Source: Malacoraja senta
Lineage: Eukaryota
NCBI GenBank assembly: GCA_038087875.1
Contig: CM075990.1
Coordinates: 434,001 to 498,000, forward strand
Direction of reading: 5' to 3'
DNA length: 64,000 bases
A program made the translations under genes and the position numbers. Numbering within the stretch: the stretch's first letter is position 1; the number at the start of each line of letters is the position of its first letter. The notes below the pieces were generated by a model. It had not been told where the DNA came from. It made no database searches and saw only the letters and a program-made list of their open reading frames with translations. Of this stretch, positions 49,055 to 62,035 are shown one piece after another.

Positions 49055-51714
49055 GAGGATGTAGAATCGAAATGGGTAGAGCTGTGAAACACTAAGGGGC
49101 AGAAAACACTAGTGGCTGTTGTGTACAGGCCACCTAACCGTAGTAGTGGAGTTGGGGATGGCATCAAACAGGAAATGAGAAATGCGTGCAACAAAGGTAA
49201 AACTGTTATAATGGGTGACTTCAATCTTCATATATATTGGGTAAATCAAATTGGCAGGGGTGCAGAGGAAGAGGATTTCTTGGAATGTATGCGGGATAGT
49301 TTTCTAAACCAACATGTACAGGAACCAACGAGAGAGCAGGCTATTCTAGACTGGGTATTGAGTAATGAGGAAGGGTTAGTTAGCAGGATTGTTGTGCGTG
49401 GCCCCTTGGGCAAGAGTGACCATAATATGGTTGAGTTCTTCATTTGGACGGAGAGTGACATTGTTAATTCAGAAACAAGGGTTCTGAACTTAAAGAAAGG
49501 TAACTTTGAGGGTATGAGACGTGAATTGGCCAACATTGACTGGCAATTGATTCTTAAAGGGTTGACGGTGGATATGCAATGGAAGGCATTTAAAGACTGC
49601 ATGGATGAACTGCAACAATTGTTCATCACAGTTTTGGAAAAGAATCAATCAGGGAAGGTAGTGCATCCGTGGATAACAAGGGAAATCAGGGATAGTATCA
49701 AAACAAAAGATGAACAAAACAAATTAGCCAGAAAAAGCAGCCTACCAGAGGACTGGGCGAAATTCAGAGTCCAGCAGAGGAGGACAAAAGGCTTAATTAG
49801 GAAAGGGAAAATAGATTATGAAAGAAAACTGGCAGGGAACATAAAAACTGACTGCAAACGTTTTTTGTAGATATGTGAAGAGAAAAAGATTAGTTAAAAC
49901 AAATGTAGGTCCCTTGCAGTCACAAACAGGTGAATTGATCATGGGGAACAAGGACATGGCAGACCAATTGAATAACTACTTTGGTTCTGTCTTCAATAAG
50001 GAAGACATAAATAATCTGCCGAAAATAGCAGGGGTCAAATGAGATGGAGGAACTGAGTGAAATCCAGGTTAGCCGGGAAGTGGTGTTAGGCAAATTGAAT
50101 GGATTAAAGGCCGATAAATCCCCAGGTCCAGATAGGCTGCATCCCAGAGTACTTAAGGAAGTAGCCCCATAAATAATGGATGCATTAGTGATAATTTTTC
50201 AAAACTCCTTAGATTCTGGAGTAGTTCCTGAGGATTGGAGGGTAGCTAAAGTAACCCCACTTTTTAAAAAGGGAGGGAGAGAAAAAATGGGGAATTACAG
50301 ACCAGTTAGTCTAACATCGGTAGTGGGGAAACTGCTAGAGTCAGTTATTAAAGATGGGATAGCAGCACATTTGGAAAGTGGTGAAATCATTGGACAAAGT
50401 CAGCATGGATTTACAAAAGGTAAATCATGTTTGACGAATCTTATAGAATTTTTCGAGGATGTAACTAGTAGAGTGGATAAGGGAGAACCAGTCTGAAAGT
50501 TATATCTGGACTTTCAGAAGGCTTTCGACAAGGTCCCACATAAGAGATTAGTATACAAACTTAAAGCACACGGTATTGGGGGTTCAGTATTGATGTGGAT
50601 AGAGAACTGGCTGGCAAACAGGAAGCAAAGAGTAGGAGTAAACGGGTCCTTTTCAGAATGGCAGGCAGTGACTAGTGGGGTACCGCAAGGCTCAGTGCTG
50701 GGATCCCAGCTATTTACAATATATATTAATGATTTGGACGAGGGAATTGAGTGCAACATCTCCAAGTTTGCGGATGACATGAAGCTGGGGGGCAGTATTA
50801 GCTGTGAGGAGGATGCTAGGAGGCTGCAAGGTGACTTGGATAGGCTGGGTGAGTGGGCAAATGCATGGCAGATGCAGTATAATGTGGATAAATGTGGGGT
50901 TATCCACTTTGGTGGCAAAAACAGGAAAGTAGACTATTATCTGAATGGTGGCCGATTAGGAAAAGAGGAGATGCAATGAGACCTGGGTGTCATGGTACAC
51001 CAGTCATTGAAAATAGGCATGCAGGTGCAGCAGGCAGTGAAGAAAGCGAATGGTATGTTAGCATTCATAGCAAAAGGATTTGAGTATAGGAGCAGGGAGG
51101 TTCTACTGCAGTTGTACAGGGTCTTGGTGAGACCACACCTGGAGTATTGAGTACAGTTTTGGTCTCCAAATCTGAAGAAAGACATTTTTGCCATAGAGGG
51201 AGTACAGAGAAGGTTCACCAGACTGATTCCTGGGATGTCAGGACTTTCATATGAAGAAAGACTGGATATACTCGGCTTGTACTCGCTAGAATTTAGAAGA
51301 TTGAGGGGTGATCTTATAGAAACTTACAAAATTCTTAAGGGGTTGGACAGGCTAGATGCAGGAAGATTGTTCCCGATGTTGGGGAAGTCCAGGACAAGGG
51401 GTCACAGTTTAAGGATAAAGGGGAAATCTTTTAGGACCGAGATGAGAAAATAATTTTTCACACAGGTTTCACACATTGGTGAATCTCTGGAATTCTCTGC
51501 CACAGAAGGTAGTTGAGGCCAGTTCATTGGCTATATTTAAGAGGGAGTTTGATGTGGCCCTTGTGGCTAAAGGGATCAGGTGGTATGGAGAGAAGGCCAT
51601 CCAACTCAGGATACTGAGTTGGATGATCAGCCATGATCATATTGAATGGCGGTGCAGGCTCAAAGGGCCGAATGGCCTACTCCTGCGCCTATTTTCTATG
51701 TTTCTATGTTTCTA
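49055..51714 (+). mobile_element. 5'-truncated CR1 (APE C-terminal part + RT), several stops and frameshifts
   Basis: ORFs 49112-49870, 50176-50496, 50590-50979 and 51235-51453 match 8870-11485; tctatgtt tail. Confidence 0.95.
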
Positions 51715-51967
51715 TGAGATGCTGCCTGTCCCTGCCGAGTTACTCCAGCACTTTGTGTCTTTCTTCAGTGTAAACTGACATCTGCAGTTCCTTCCTGTAC
51801 AGGAAGTAGTTGCAATTCAGGGAGAACTATTGTGAACTTCTAAAACAAAGTCACAGTGAATAGTATTTGTCTCTTTAGAATCTTTACACAGGAATGCAAT
51901 TTTAAGAAAACTTTGCTTTTTTGGTGCTTTGACAGACATTTAATAAAAGCATTGTAAAACAACACAG

Positions 51968-52088
51968 TTTTAGAGATGCAGCGCGGAAATAGGCCCTTCG
52001 GCCCAAAGTCTGCACCGACCAGCGATCACCGCACATTAACATTATCCTACACACACCAGGGACAATTTATACATACACAAAGCCAATT
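51968..52088 (-). mobile_element. 3' half of a tRNA-derived SINE interrupted by DIRS E
   Basis: Reverse complement of aattggc..taaattgtccct.gtgtgtgtaggata.tgttaatgtgcgg.gatcgctggtcgg. Confidence 0.8.
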
Positions 52089-53995
52089 TTACTTCGGAGT
52101 CACGTGAGTGATTCTGTGAAGAACCCCGCCAGTCCACATGCAGGTCATTACGTCTGACGCGTGGCGCAGCGACCGGCTTGGAGGTGCAGCGCTCCTCCAG
52201 CGGTAAGTTTAAAAACCCTCAGGTAAGTGTTAAACTTAGTCGGAGGTCGTTTTCTGCGCTTGGTAATTCTTGTTTCAGGAGACAAGTTTGAGTATGGAGA
52301 AAGCGTCGAAGGTGAAGTCAAGGCGAGCTGCCGGGAGAGTAGCTGTGGAAGACCGCGGGAGTGCGGGTAGCGGGCGGCCGCCTATCTCACCTACCGAGTC
52401 GCTGGCGGTACGGCCAGTGATTTCAGACTTGGTGTCCGAGAGCACCGTGGCTGCACCATTGGGGCGGAAAGCCACAAAAAAGTCTGCACGGCCCGTACTC
52501 GGATGAGTCGGGCCGGGAGGTTTCCTCTCCGGTAATGGATAACGTCTTTGGACGTTTGTCCAGGATGGAGCTCCTAATTGAGAGGATGCTCCACCAAGAT
52601 ACACTCCAACAGGAGGAGTTGTGTCAGCGCGGGTCTCCTCGGGGGCCCGCGCCAGCGGCACCTGTATCAGGGCTGCTTAATGTCTCCCTCTTGGAGGAGG
52701 AGAGCATGCGGAGTCAGTTTTATTCTGACGCCGAGTCTGTGGGTATAGCCATTGAGAATACCCCAAGGGATGAAGGGCACGAGCCAGAGGTACCAGTCCT
52801 GGCAGCAAGATTTGCCATCCCAACAGAAACAGGGGAGCCGCTGGGTGAAGAGTTGGCTGCAAGTATAAATTATCTGCCTCACACCAGCTTCAAGAGCATA
52901 CTATGGATGAAACGTCCAGAAAATATGAGACCCCTGTTAGTTGTGTGCTGCTCAAAGTGCCGGCGGTTAACCACGCCATCTGGGGTCATATGGGTGTAGG
53001 CATCAGAGCTCAGGAACTGAGGCTTCAGAGGGTTCTGAAGCTGCTCGCCTCGGGCATTACAGCGTTCGCCAGGTCAGTGGATGGAGGGCACCTGTCTGAT
53101 GAGCAGCTGGATGCCCTGGCCCTCAATTGCAATGCACACTTTTAGATTAATTGCCTCCAATGTTTCTAGAGGAGCAATCCTCTTTCTCCATTACAATCCA
53201 GTCCACTTGCTGGGCGGAGTTATCCATCAGTTGAATCATATTTTTAATATTTACTGACCAATAATAATACATAAAATTAGGTAGTGCTAAACCCCCTAAT
53301 AGTTTAGGTTTATTCAGATGAGTTTTTTGTATTCTATGTGATTTATAGTCCCATATAAAATTAGTGATATTTGAGTCGAGTTTTTAAAAAAACTTCTTTG
53401 GTAAGTATATAGGAATTGATTGAAATAGGTATAAAATTTGTGGTAAAAAGATCATTTTTATTGAGTTTATTCGGCCTATTAAAGACATCGGGAGCGTTTT
53501 CCAGAATTTAATTAGTGTGTTTAATTTATTAAGTAAGGGGTCAAAATTTGCCCTAAACATACCTTGATATGATCTGGTAATTTCTTTTTTTTTTTTTTAA
53601 TTTTTATTTATTAGAAGTACATTACATTACAACCACATACATTAATACTCGTCATTTATATCTTCTTACAATTAATGTACTCCCTTTATTTATTTTTTTA
53701 CACTAGAGAAAGAAAAGATTGAAAGAGAGAAGAAAGTAAAGGAAAAAGTGCAAGTGTAGAAAAGTGTAGAAAATGTAACAACAAAAAAGAACGAAGACCC
53801 TATAAGAGCGAAATTAAAAACAAAAAGAAAAAGAGTTAAGAAATAGGCCCTAAGAAAAGAAAAGAGAAAGAGAAAAAAAGAGAAACAAATGTTTTTTTTT
53901 TTTGAGCATCACGTAAATAGGACATACCAACTCTTCAACTATCATCCCCCCTTACCCGACCTCAATTTTTTATTTTTTTAAAGTACTTTTGCACC

Positions 53996-56900
53996 CTATG
54001 TTTGTAATAATTCTATAAATGCAGACCACGTCAGGTGGAAGTGATCTGGATTACCTGCTAGGAGGAGTCTTATCTCTTCAAGGTGTAATGTTTCAAACAT
54101 ATTTGAAATCCACATATTTATAGTTGGTATTGGAGCCTTCTTCCAAAATTTTAGAATTAGCTTTTTTCCAGTTATTAACCCATAATCCATTAATTTCTTT
54201 TGAAACACATTTAGTTCTGGATCATCTTCCGTTATTCCGAAGATAATCCATTCTGCTTTGGGTATCAGTCTTGTTTTAAATAACTTTGTAAAGATTTCAA
54301 AAATTTCATTCCAAAATTTTTGAATTTTTGTACAGAAGACAAATGAGTGCGCTATAGTTGCTTCTTGGGATTGACATTTATCACAAATAGATGATACGTT
54401 TGGGAAAATTTTATGAATTTTAGTTTTCGAATAATATAATCTATGTAAAATTTTAAATTGTATTAAAGTGTGTCTTACATTAATCGAGCATTTATGCACT
54501 TTTAATAAGTATTCATTCCAACTTTCCTTTGAAATTTTAATAGCTAACTCTTGTTCCCAGTCTCTTCTGATACCCTCCGTAGATAGTATTTGTGCATTTA
54601 AGATAATATTGTACAAATATGATATTAAGTTTGCTGATTCCGCTTTTATCTGCATTGCCTCGTCCAGTACATCTGCTGGGTTATTATGATGATCTTTTGT
54701 ATATTTTTTCAAATAGTCGCATATTTGAAAGTATTTAAAATATTGATTATTTCCGAGTTTATATTTTATTTGTAATTGTTGAAATGAAAGTAATTTTCCA
54801 GTTTCATACAAGTCACCAAGCGTTTTAATTCCTAGTCTATCCCATTGTGTATAAGCTTTATCTATAATAGAAGGACTAAACGAAGGGTTATTGACTATAG
54901 GTAATAAAAGTGATAAGTTTCTTAATTTTAAATTTTGTTTTATTTGTTTCCAAATACGGATTGTACTATGAATAATTGGGTTCTTATTATAGTTTATGTT
55001 ATTCAATTTCATTGGAGAGAGGAGGATCGCTCCAATGTTTCTAGAGGAGCAATCCTCTTTCTCCATTACAATCCAGTCTACTTGCTGGGTGGAGTTATCC
55101 ATCAGTTGAATCATGTTTTTAATATTTACTGACCAATAATAATACATAAAATTAGGTAGTGCTAGACCCCCCAATACTTTAGATTTATTCAGATGGGTTT
55201 TTTGTATTCTATGTGATTTATAGTCCCATATAAAATTAGTGATATCTGAGTCGAGTTTTTTAAAAAACTTCTTAGGTAAGTATATAGGAATTGATTGAAA
55301 TAGGTATAAAATTTGTGGTAAAAAGATCATTTTTATTGCGTTTATTCGGCCTATTAAAGACATCGGGAGCGTTTTCCAGAATTTAATTAATGTATTCAGT
55401 TTATTAAGTAGGGGGTCAAAATTTGCCCTGAACATACCTTGATATGTTCTGGTAATTTCGATTCCCAAATATTTAAATTTTTCTGTAGCTATTTTAAAAG
55501 GGAATTTTAAAAGATGTGTTGAATCTTTCGGTTTTATTGACATAATTTCACTTTTATTCCAATTTATTCTATATCCAGAAAATGATCCGAAGTCTTCAAT
55601 TAAATTTAATATATTTGGTATAGTGATTTGAGGTTTTGTAATATACAATAATATATCATCCGCGTATAAAGATATTTTATTATATGAGTCTTTAGTATTA
55701 TATCCATGAATATCAGGGTGTATTCTAATTTTTTCTGCTAGCGGTTCAATAATGAGAGCAAACAGCTGTGGTGATAATGAGCATCCTTGTCTATTTCCCC
55801 TTGATAGTTGAAATTTCAAGGATAATATGTTATTAGTAAGTATTCTAGCTGTAGGTTTGTTATATAGTAACTTAATCCATAAAATAAAATTCTCTCCCAG
55901 TTGAAATTTTTGTAATACTTTATCCATATAATTCCATTCTACTTGATCAAATGCTTTTTCAGCATCCAGCGAAATAATTGATAATTCTTGATCTTCAGAT
56001 TTGTGTGAGTGCATTATGTTGAGTAGACGTCTCATATTATTAGAAGAGTATCTCTTAGGGATAAACCCTGTCTGATCTGGGTTTATTAATTTACTAATGT
56101 ATTTACTTAATCTTCTAGCTAATGTTTTCGCTAATATTTTTTGATCTGTGTTTAACAATGCTATAGCTCTATATGAGCCAGGTTCTTCTAAATCTTTATT
56201 TTTCTTAGGTATTAATGTAATCGTTGATTCCGCTAATGTATCAGGTAGTATTCGTTTTTTAAAAGCGTATTGGTACATTTTTTGTAATCTTGGTATTATT
56301 TTATCATAAAAGCTTTTATAAAATTCATTAGTAAATCCATCAGGGCCTGGTGTTTTTCCATTTTTTAGTGAGTTTATTGTATCTTCTAATTCCTTAATTG
56401 AGATTTGTGCACCCAGTTCCTCTTGTTCCTTCAGCTCTAACTTTGGAAGATTACAGGTATCCAAGAACTTTGTGATATTATTGGAATCAATTATCGTTTT
56501 AGATGTATACAAATTCTCGTAAAATTGCGCAAATCTTTTATTAATATCCTTCGGTGTTGTTAATAATTCCCCTTTATCTGATTTGATCTTTGGTATAGTA
56601 TGTTCCTTTTCTCGTTTTTTTAGCTGGCGAGCCAAAAGTTTATGCGGTTTATCCCCAAATTCAAAGTGCTCTTGTTTTGTAATTTGAAAAAGTCTTATAC
56701 GTTTGGCAGATAATAATTTATTTAATTTAAATTTTGAAATTATTATTTTATTATGTTTATCTATTGATGGATCTTTAGCATTATCTATATCCATTTGTCT
56801 AATAAGTTCTTCTAACTGTCTTTGTTCATTCTTATTCTTTTTATTTTGAAAAGCTTGATATGAAATTATAATACCCCTAATGTATGCTTTAAAAGATTCC

Positions 56901-57765
56901 CAAAGTAAAGTAGGCGATATATCTGAAGTATCATTTGTTTGAAAAAAGACCTCCATTTGTTCTTTTAAATATATACTCGCTTGTGGATCTTTTAAAATTT
57001 GAGTTAAATCTCCAGAATGAATTATTCTTAGACAATCCTTCCAGTTTTAAAAAGAAAGTTAGTGGAGAATGGTCTGAAATTGAATTTGTATGGTATATTG
57101 CATTAGATGTTTGGGGGATTAATTTTGTATCCAGCAGAAAGTAGTCTATACGTGAGTATGTCTTATGTACCATTGAGTAAAACGAATATTCCCTGCCAGT
57201 TGGATTCACAATTCTCCAAACATCTGCTATATTAGTGTTATTTATGTAGGTATTGAGGAGTTCCCCAGTTTTCGATTTCATATTCCCTCTCTGTTTTTGA
57301 CTTGATTTATCTAAGTACGGATCTAAAACACAGTTAAAGTCTCCGCCTATTATAACATTTTGATAGTTTGACTCTGCAATTATATTGAAGATTTTATTGA
57401 AAAAGTGGGGGTTATCAAAGTTAGGGGCATATATATTTACCAAAGTAAGTGGAGTGTCATGGATTTCTCCATTAACTATTAGGTATCTCCCTTCTATATC
57501 TGTTATAATATTCTTTGCTTTAAATGGTATACCTTTTCTTATGATAATTGACGTGCCTCTAGATTTTGAAGTGAATGAAGAGTGGTATGTTTGACCTATC
57601 CATTTTGCCCTCAGCCTAACTTGGTCCTGAGGTTTTAGGTGTGTTTCTTGTACGAAGGTAATGTCAGAATTATACATTTTTAGCTGAGCTAATATCTTAC
57701 CCCTTTTGATAGGTTCGTTAATACCTCTTATATTCCTCCTAGGTTCTTTTGTGTGGTGTCATGCA
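53996..57765 (-). pseudogene. L1 ORF2 (APE, RT, C-terminal Cys-rich region); frameshifts near 57735 and 57000
   Basis: NIRGINEPIKR, VQETHL, NIYAPN, GGDFN, SRIDY, ISDH; KTPGPDG, SLDAEKAFD, RQGCSLSP, LYADD; CDKC..H..C. Confidence 0.95.
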
Positions 57766-58572
57766 TTTTGAATAATTATAGTACCTTTGAATCTTGTGGT
57801 GCGTCCATGTCCCAGGTCTTTAGGTATTGGGGGAGTTTTTGAATTATTAACTTTTGTTGGTATGTCCATATTACTCTTATCACTAAACACAAAACACAAA
57901 CAAGTGATTTTATGTGATAAAAAAAAAACTAAAAAAGTGAGGCTACAGTGTCTATAGTCGGCACTGTAGCGAGTGACCCACCTGTAGGTGGGAAAAAACC
58001 TTATTTTGACTTCCATTGCGTTGTTGCTCAACTAGCTCCGCTCTCTTAGTTAATCATAACATATTAAAATATTAAAACGAGGCCTCACATTCAGATATAT
58101 AATACAATTTTACCCTGATATTTCCTTATAACATATATATATATCAGAGTTTAATTATTAAACCAATATTTTTGATTTCAATAAGAATCAACTGTTGGTT
58201 GAAGGGGTTAACGAGACGTGCTCCTGGACATAAGCCAGGAGCTCGTTTCTCATCCCCTCCTCCCGCTTATAGACAAGGTTACAATTTATTAAAAATTCAT
58301 ATTAGTATGTTAGTTCATTATTTTTTTGTTTTTTTTGCTAGTATTCTAATCTAACCTGCATAACTTTTAAAGTTGTTAATAGGATAAGTTCTTACAATTG
58401 GTTATAACATTTTAATCAATAAGCAATTATTTTCTAATTCATATTCCATCTGTAAAGTTGTTTACACGTTTTGAACAGAAAATGTCCTTGCTTCAACATT
58501 CCAGAGATAACAGTGTAACTATCCCCAGACAAAACATAGCTGAGAATTATTCGGATCTGCCAAAGCTCCCTT

Positions 58573-59643
58573 TTATTTCTGTTTTTCAACAATCGTTTGG
58601 GCATATTTGAAAGCGTCTTCAGGCTTAACAAATGACTTTTCAAGACCATTAAAGGAAATACGCATTTTCGCGGGATAAAAAACCCCAAATCTGACCCCTT
58701 CTCTCCCTCTTAAAAGATCTTTAACCTTATCAAATTTGTTTCTTTTTTGCACAATTTCATGTGGGTAGTCCCTGAATATCTTAATAGTGTCCTTGTCCAG
58801 CCGTAATTGTACACCATATTTGATTTTACTCATAACGTATTCCAGTTCTGCAGTATCTCAAAATTTCACTATAATATGTCGTGGATAAGCTTTTCCCGCA
58901 TCAGATCTTTTTCCAAATCTTGGGACACGATGAGCCACTTCGATTTTCGGTTCCTTGGAAAGATTCAACAGTTGTTTCAACAAGCCCATGGCAAATTCAC
59001 GTACCTGTTCCCCTTCTGCCCCCTCTGAAACACCAAGAATTCTCAAATTCTGGCGTCTAGAGCGAGCTTCCAGGTCCAGGCATTTGAATGAGACTTTCTC
59101 TAATTGAGTCCCCATTTGTAGTGATGCTTGTTCGTTTTCTCGCCTCATTTGCTCATGTTCTTGCCTCAATTTCGCCATGTCTTCAACCAGTCGTGCCATA
59201 TTTTTCTCCAATTCCGTAATTGTGTGCATACTTGCAGCTACTGTTTCAAGTACAGCCGTGAACTTATCCGTAGTAATTACATCCATCTTATCCATTTTCT
59301 CTGATAGTCCATCTTTCACCTCATCAATTCGTTTATTCATAATGTCCAGTAAATCCGTCATATTCTTCTGGTTACCAGCGTTTAAATCCTTCATCATCTT
59401 CTCCATTCCTTCCATCATTTTTGCCGAATTTTCCTTCATTTCCTTCTTATCTTCCACCCTATTATCCGAGATCTCATCTTTCAAATTTTTCATTGATTTC
59501 TTCAAGTCATCAAAGTCTTTCTTAGATCTTGTATCCATTTCTGCAGCCACTTCAGAGACTTCAGAGGTAACTTCTGCTTCGAACTTTTTCGACAGCTTAT
59601 TCACAGCTCTCTGAGGGCTCACAGCTGGAGGCAATTTACTCAT
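58573..59643 (-). pseudogene. L1 ORF1 (coiled coil, RRM, CTD); frameshift near 58858
   Basis: DLEARSRRQNLRILGVSEG, EVAHRV, PRHIIVKF, IFRDY, FYPAKMRI. Confidence 0.92.
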
Positions 59644-62035
59644 TTAAAGGGCTTCAAACCACCGTTTAAAACATCGCGTTTAACGATGACGTCATCAGCG
59701 CGGTAACCAGAAGCTCCGGTAAGGTTTTTAAAAACAATCCCGATTTTCGGACCCGTTTTACACGATAAATCGTGAAGTTTTTCGGGAGAGGAGCTGGGTG
59801 CACGTCTGTTAGTCTAACATGACGCCACCGGAAGTCTGATCTGGTAATTTCTATTCCCAAATATTTAAATTTTTCTGTAGCTATTTTAAAAGGGAATTTT
59901 AAAAGATGTGTTGAATCTTTCGGTTTTATTGACATAATTTCACTTTTATTCCAATTTATTCTATATCCAGAAAAAGGTCCAAAGTCTTCAATTAAATTTA
60001 ATATATTTGGTATAGTGATTTGAGGTTTTGTAATGTACAGTAATATATCATCCGCGTATAAAGATATTTTATTATATGAATCTTTAGTATTATATCCATG
60101 GATATCAGGGTGTATTCTATTTTTTTCTGCTAGCGGTTCAATAATGAGAGCAAACAGCTGTGGTGATAATGAGCATCCTTGTCTATTTCCCCTTGAGAGT
60201 TGGAATTTCGAGGATAATATGTTATCAGTTAGTATTCTAGCTGTAGGTTTGTTATATAGTAACCAATGAAACTGAATAACATAAATTATAATAAGAACCC
60301 AATTATTCATAGTACAATCCGAATTTGGAAACAAATAAAACAAAATTTAAAATTAAGAAATTTATCACTTTTATTACCTATAGTCAATAACCCTTCGTTT
60401 AATCCTTCTATTATAGATAAAGCTTATACACAATGGGATAGATTAGGAATTAAAACGCTCGGTGACTTGTATGAAACTGGAAAATTACTTTCATTTCAAC
60501 AATTACAAATAAAATATAAACTCGGAAATAATCAATATTTTAAATATTTTCAAATATGCGACTATTTGAAAAAATATACAAAAGATCATTATAATAACCC
60601 AGTAGATGTATTGGACGAGGCAATGCAGATAAAAGCGGAATCAGCAAACTTAATATCATATTTGTATAATATTATCTTAAATGTACAACTACCATCTACG
60701 GAGGGTATCAGAAGAGACTGGGAACAAGAGTCAGCTATTAAAATTTCAAAGGAAAGTTGGAATGAATACTTATTAAACGTGCATAAATGCTCGATTAATG
60801 TAAGACACACTTTAATACAATTTAAAATTTTACATAGATTATATTATTCGAAAACTAAAATTCATAAAATTTTCCCAAATGTATCATCTATTTGTGATAA
60901 ATGTCAATCCCAAGAAGCTACTATAGCGCACTCATTCGTTTTCTGTACAAAAATTCAAACATTTTGGAATGAAATTTTTGAAATCTTTACAAAGTTATTT
61001 AAAACAAGACTGATACCCAAAGCAGAATGGATTATCTTCGGTATAACGGAAGATGGTCCAGAACTAAATGTGTTTCAAAAGAAACTAATGGACTATGGGT
61101 TAATAATTGGAAAAAAGCTAATTCTAAAATTTTGGAAGAAGGCTCCAATACCAACTATAAATATGTGGATTTCAAATATGTTTGAAACATTACACCTAGA
61201 AGAGATAAGACTCCTCCTAGCAGGTAAACCAGATCACTTCCACCTGACGTGGTCTGCATTTATAGAATTATTACAAACATAGGGTGCAAAAGTACTTTAA
61301 AAAAAAAAAAAAAAAAAATTGAGGTCAGGTAAGGGGGGATGATAGTTGAAGAGTTGGTATGTCCCATTGACGTAATGCTCATAAAAATATTTGTTTTTCT
61401 CTTTTTCCTCTTTCTCTCTCTCTTTCTTTCCTAGGGTCTATTTCTTAACTCTTTTTCTTTTGTTTTTAATTTAGCTCTTATAGGGTCTTCGTCCTTTTTT
61501 GTTGTCACATTTCCTACACTTTCACTTTTTCCTTCACTTTCTTCTTTCTTTCAATCTTTTCCTTTTCTAGTGTAAAAAATAAATGGAGTACATTAATTGT
61601 AAGAAGATATAAATGACGAGTACTAATGTATGTGGTTGTAATGTAATGTACTTCTAATAAATAAAAATAAAAAAAATAAAAAAGATTAATTGCCTGAGGA
61701 AGAGTGCCATCCACCCTACTATCAACCCTAAGTTTGTCGCTCTGTGCAAGCCCAGCAATATCCAGCCACCAAATCTGCTGTTCAGTGAAGACCTCTCTAA
61801 AAGAGTTAAGGAGCTGGACGACGAGGCAAGAACGGTCGGACTCATCAAAGCACCGACGACCAGCAGAACCTCTTTTCGGCGGCAGCACCCCAACAAACGG
61901 CTCGCTGAAACCGGTTCGCGACAAGGACCAAGCCGGCCATTCATAAATATGCACAGCTGGCGCACTCCAACAGGGGCACGGGCGAATATGTCCTTACCCC
62001 CCACAAACAGGGGGCAGAAAATTCCACCGATAACC

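Larger units (their letters stand above)
53586..59836 (-). mobile_element. Full-length L1 LINE (~6.25 kb) with 16-bp TSD
   Basis: tgatctggtaatttct at 53570-53585 and 59837-59852; 5' end GACTTCCGGTGGCG; ORF1, ~800-bp spacer, ORF2, poly(A). Confidence 0.95.
53157..61682 (+). mobile_element. 5'-inverted, truncated L1: inverted piece 53157-53585 + 59853-60262, forward 3' piece 60263-61682 with A-rich tail; 13-bp TSD
   Basis: agattaattgcct at 53144-53156 and 61683-61695; pieces map to adjacent parts of the full-length L1 in opposite orientations. Confidence 0.92.

Noticed and set aside
59666..60343. Novel 225-aa protein
   Set aside because: Read-through across the L1 inversion junction, an RT fragment and the nested L1 5' UTR.
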